A program made the translations under genes and the position numbers. Positions 60,420-64,000 of a DNA stretch of 64,000 bases are shown in pieces. The stretch is from NCBI GenBank assembly GCA_040285855.1, contig JAUFOQ010000017.1:1240001-1304000 (forward strand), written 5' to 3'. Origin of the DNA: Eukaryota sp. GEM-RC1 (lineage: Eukaryota). The notes below the pieces were generated by a model that was not told where the DNA came from, ran no database searches, and saw only the letters and a list, made by a program, of their open reading frames with translations. Numbering within the stretch: position 1 is the first letter of the stretch; each line of letters starts with the position of its first letter.

Positions 60420-61500
60420 AGACCCTAATCGCTTAAAGCAATTACGGATGAAGTCAAAATTACTTTTGAAGGAACAGAGATTTCATATCTTACAGTCTAT
60501 CGAGCTAAACATCTCCGTAGAGACTGTATTTGGTTCTGAAGAAGCAAATTACCGCTATTGAAAACACTACTTGAACAGAATAATAATGGATATGTATGTC
60601 CTAAATTTTGACAAATTCGACGGTATTTGTAACGAATTTTTTTTGTTTTGGGACTTCATTTAAAGCACTATCTCATTGTCGAAGGCTAATCACTCTGGAT
60701 GATTGTCATTTAAAGACAAGAATTGTAAGTGTGTTGTTGGTTGTCTGTACAATTATAGGAAAAGGCCAATTGTACCCATTGCTTTTGTAAAATTCTAATT
60801 TGTACGATGAAGAACAATATTGAGGGATTTGCTGTTTGGCTAACCTGAAGGAACATGCAATCCATATATCATTTGTCAATGAAGCTATTACTTATGTTGC
60901 TGATGATCAAAAGGATCCTTTGGTGGAATCTGCAACAACAGTATCAGTAGAAGAATTTAACCTCTCAATTGCTGCAATAGATGCCATTTCTCTGGGAGTA
61001 GCTCAGTATATGAACAAGGTTGGGAACAACATTGTTTCAAAGAGATAGGTACGGCTATCTGACCAGCAATACGAGTGAATCCTTGAATAGTTGGTTACTC
61101 TCAATGAGAGAATTGTCTACTATTGCAATGATTCAAGAAATCCGTTACAAAACTGATTGATTGGATTAAAAATCGCAGAGATGATACCGCAAAACAATTA
61201 GAAAAGGGATTACTGCTTGTGGAAGATTGTATAAATATATCAATTTTTATCTCTAGGAGAGAAAGAAATTCCAGTTCGTGAAGTGTGGGGAAGTCAATGA
61301 CGAAAGTTCTAGACAACATGTCAAGTTTTGTCGTCAAAATGGACAACAACAACTGTACATGTACCTGTAGGGGACCATCCATTTTTGGATATCCTTGTTG
61401 TAGCAGCTGTACTTGGCAGATAAAGAGATCTCCGATCTTTATATCAAACATTTTCAGAAACACTTCTTATACTAATTCAATTCATCAGAAGTGTCCATGA
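60420..61500 (+). pseudogene. MuDR/Mutator (MULE) transposase relic
   Basis: 'ISYLTVYRAK', 'CRRLITLDDCHLK..VLLVV..GQLYP', 'YGYLTSNTSESLNSWL', SWIM-like 'CTCTC..FGYPCC'. Confidence 0.8.
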
Positions 61501-63827
61501 TCTCATTGTGATGTCTGTTGATTGTCAACTTCGATCATGCGCTAACCGGCAACAGTACCATAAGATCATCCCGTTGATTCAAAGTAACAAATCAAAGAAA
61601 TTGGACGTATAGATGTGATGTGATTTCATGGAAGGTCACTGTAAACAATGTTTGTTGTGTTGTTCATCAGCTTAACTGTTTCGGTTAACAGTTGATTCGT
61701 GGTACTGATTTGCTAAATGTGGGTTTTTCGATACAAAATTCTCCAGGAATCATCAAAAATAACCTCCCAGAAATAAAATAGGAATACAAGATTTAAATCC
61801 AATTAAGCAAATACAGGAACTACAATAAATACAAAACAGTGTACAAACAAACTATGGTGTGTGTTTCACTGTCAACTCATGTTTCTTGTTACAATCGTTT
61901 ATGAACACCATTCCTCCTCATTTGGGCCTAAAGTTCTGGCATAGTACTCTCATGGTACTTTCCTGCCACAAATTGATAATCCAAATTTAAAAATGTTAAG
62001 CTTGGACTTCTTAATTAATGAACTGATTTTTTTGCTGATTATAATCGGTTTGCCACTGATCTGCAAAAACAGTAATACGAGCTATTGGACTCGTCGACAA
62101 TCAGTTGAGACTACTCGTTATCAATTATTTACCCGACATAGCCAACAATACAGTTGCATTTCTTAATAATCGAATTTCGTAACATGTTCAGTGTAGTGAT
62201 CAAAAGAATCAATCTGCTGCTGACATTCATGTATTTCAATCTTTCATTGCTATTTGTTCAATCAACCCATTTATTTGAGTTTTTCATATACATTTTGGCA
62301 GAGTTGGCCTGTTGTGGTAAGATTTCTATCACATGGGAGCTTTCCAGAGCTGTCTAAAATTGCACTCAAAAATTCACAATTGAAAATATTCATAAATAAT
62401 CAAAAAATTCAACTCATAAGAATTCAAAATGATTGAGAATCAAATCTCATTGGTGACGTGATAAAATGGGGGTTCTAAGTAATGAGAATTTCTTTCAATA
62501 CTAACCTGAACCATTATCAAATTTAAAATATTACAAAAGAAGAGTCAACTACACGGAGATTGACCACCAGCAATACAGGTGACACGTAATCCTTCCCAAA
62601 GTCAAGAACCCAATCTTGAAAAGAAGAAGAATAGAGTTGAATCTGATTGATTGGTCTAGTTGAAGCTTTTGAACCCATAGAGTGAGAAGTTGTTGTAAAG
62701 TGACCATCATGGTCAGAGGAAAACGTGATCATGATATGAACGGATGATGTAGGATCCAGTTTTCTTTGAAGTGATTGAGAAGTTTGAGTGTCTGAATAGG
62801 ACCCCGGGGTGGGGGAGATAGTAGAAGCGCTATCTAACATGAGATCTTCAGGCAAAGCCTGTGGGAAGAACGTAAAATGAGCCATGTTGAAGGAATCAAT
62901 GAAGAAGTAAAACAATATCTTTACAATCCTTCTTAAAGGAAAAGGTCAAAAGCTCGCAAGTCTCTTGTTGACTACTGTAGATAGCCACCGTTTTGAGTTA
63001 TCCTCAAATCGAAGGATATCAATCGTATATGTTTCTTCACCCACATCTTTGATTCTGTTTAACGACTTCAGATCATTCTTCCTTACTCTTACTTCAAGAT
63101 AGGTTAATGGTGGATTTACTAAGGAACTGATCTCGGTCTCTATAACAGCTTTTTTGAAAGATATTTCTCTGGTTGTTTTTGTTCTTTGATGAAATGGTTT
63201 GTCTTTTGAAGCAAAAGTCTCGTACATCTTCTCCTTTCACTTGATCCGTGATCTCAATTATCAGTTACAGGTCCTCTCTTTTGTCTTTTATGTTTGATCC
63301 TTCGCCCTAGTACACCAGCGACAGCATTTGGTCTCACTGCGCCTTTAGTCTCAGTGAGACTATTAATGGTAATCGATTTTCCAAATACGTTCAAAAATGA
63401 TGTACAGTTTAAGTACATTGACATATTTGGGACCAATAAAAGTCGTATATCTATGTGTAAGTAACAGAAACCGACTTTGTACTAATGTTCATTATTTTAT
63501 CCATTTTATTGATCACAAATTTGACAGAAACATGACATTTTCATGAGAATCAACTCTCTGTTGATTTGCAGACAATTATCAACAAGAATTGACTTTACTT
63601 CAATGGATGAGATCATTGGTTAAAATGTGAGGAAAGTGAGGATCCAGATAATGAGGAGGTCTCAACTTGACATCATAAGTGTAGTATCCAGGGGTTTGAA
63701 ATATGACATGTGCCATATTATGTATTGTGTCCAAATCATTTGCCGCCATAATGGCCATAATCAATTACACTTCCCATACTTGGCCATTGTGGACCAGGCT
63801 TCACTAAAGTAGTAAAGTGATAAAGTG

Positions 63828-63857
63828 ACTTTACTTTACTTTACTTTACTTTACTTT
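63828..63857. repeat. (ACTTT)6 microsatellite
   Basis: Direct reading. Confidence 0.85.
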
Positions 63858-64000
63858 AAAATTTCGGAACGGTAAAGTGACAGACCTCAATCTTGTTAAT
63901 TTTGCTTTCTGAGCACAGTAAATAACTCTTTGACACCAAAAGTACACTATTATAGATGTTTTATTGTAGAAACTCACCAAAAACTGGAATGTAAAAATGG

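Larger units (their letters stand above)
57140..63300 (-). repeat. Two diverged copies of a decayed sequence (57140-57370 with 62690-62890; 57810-58190 with 62947-63295)
   Basis: Shared strings such as GGAAAACGTGATCATGAT and TCTCCTTTCACTTGATCCGTGATCTCAA occur in both places. Confidence 0.75.

Noticed and set aside
1..64000. Alternative genetic code (stop reassignment)
   Set aside because: Long genes end at TAA, TAG or TGA and contain no internal in-frame stops; disruptions are frameshifts.
1..64000. tRNA, rRNA or U snRNA genes
   Set aside because: No recognisable cloverleaf, rRNA or snRNA signature was found by eye.

Overview
AT-rich, gene-dense eukaryotic DNA, probably from a flagellated protist: it has a DRC10/IQCD-like axonemal gene and 30-35 nt spliceosomal introns. 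Host genes are an Ariadne RBR ligase, a BTB protein, a MAP10-like protein, a large LRR protein with an 81-bp repeat array, three kinesins, a trypsin-like peptidase, duplicated galactokinase, PABPN1, DRC10, TSR3, SPCS3, TRA2 and NAXD. They are interspersed with about 10 TIR elements carrying 8-bp TSDs, an RLE non-LTR relic and a MuDR relic. Many conserved genes have single-base frameshifts in homopolymer runs, most likely long-read consensus errors. The standout is a ~4.65 kb transposon-like unit (about 28432-33080; 5' part duplicated at 23842-25643). It encodes a eukaryotic Fanzor1 (TnpB-family RNA-guided RuvC nuclease, all three catalytic motifs present) as the C-terminal module of a ~1460-codon reading: 35-aa repeats / 2A ribosome-skip peptide / Ulp1-SENP8-like protease / CCHC knuckle / degenerate PolB-type exonuclease / Fanzor. 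It is followed by a structured omegaRNA-like 3' end and flanked by a candidate 9-bp TSD. A second, decayed Fanzor fragment lies near 56 kb. All calls come from reading motifs by eye; no searches were run.
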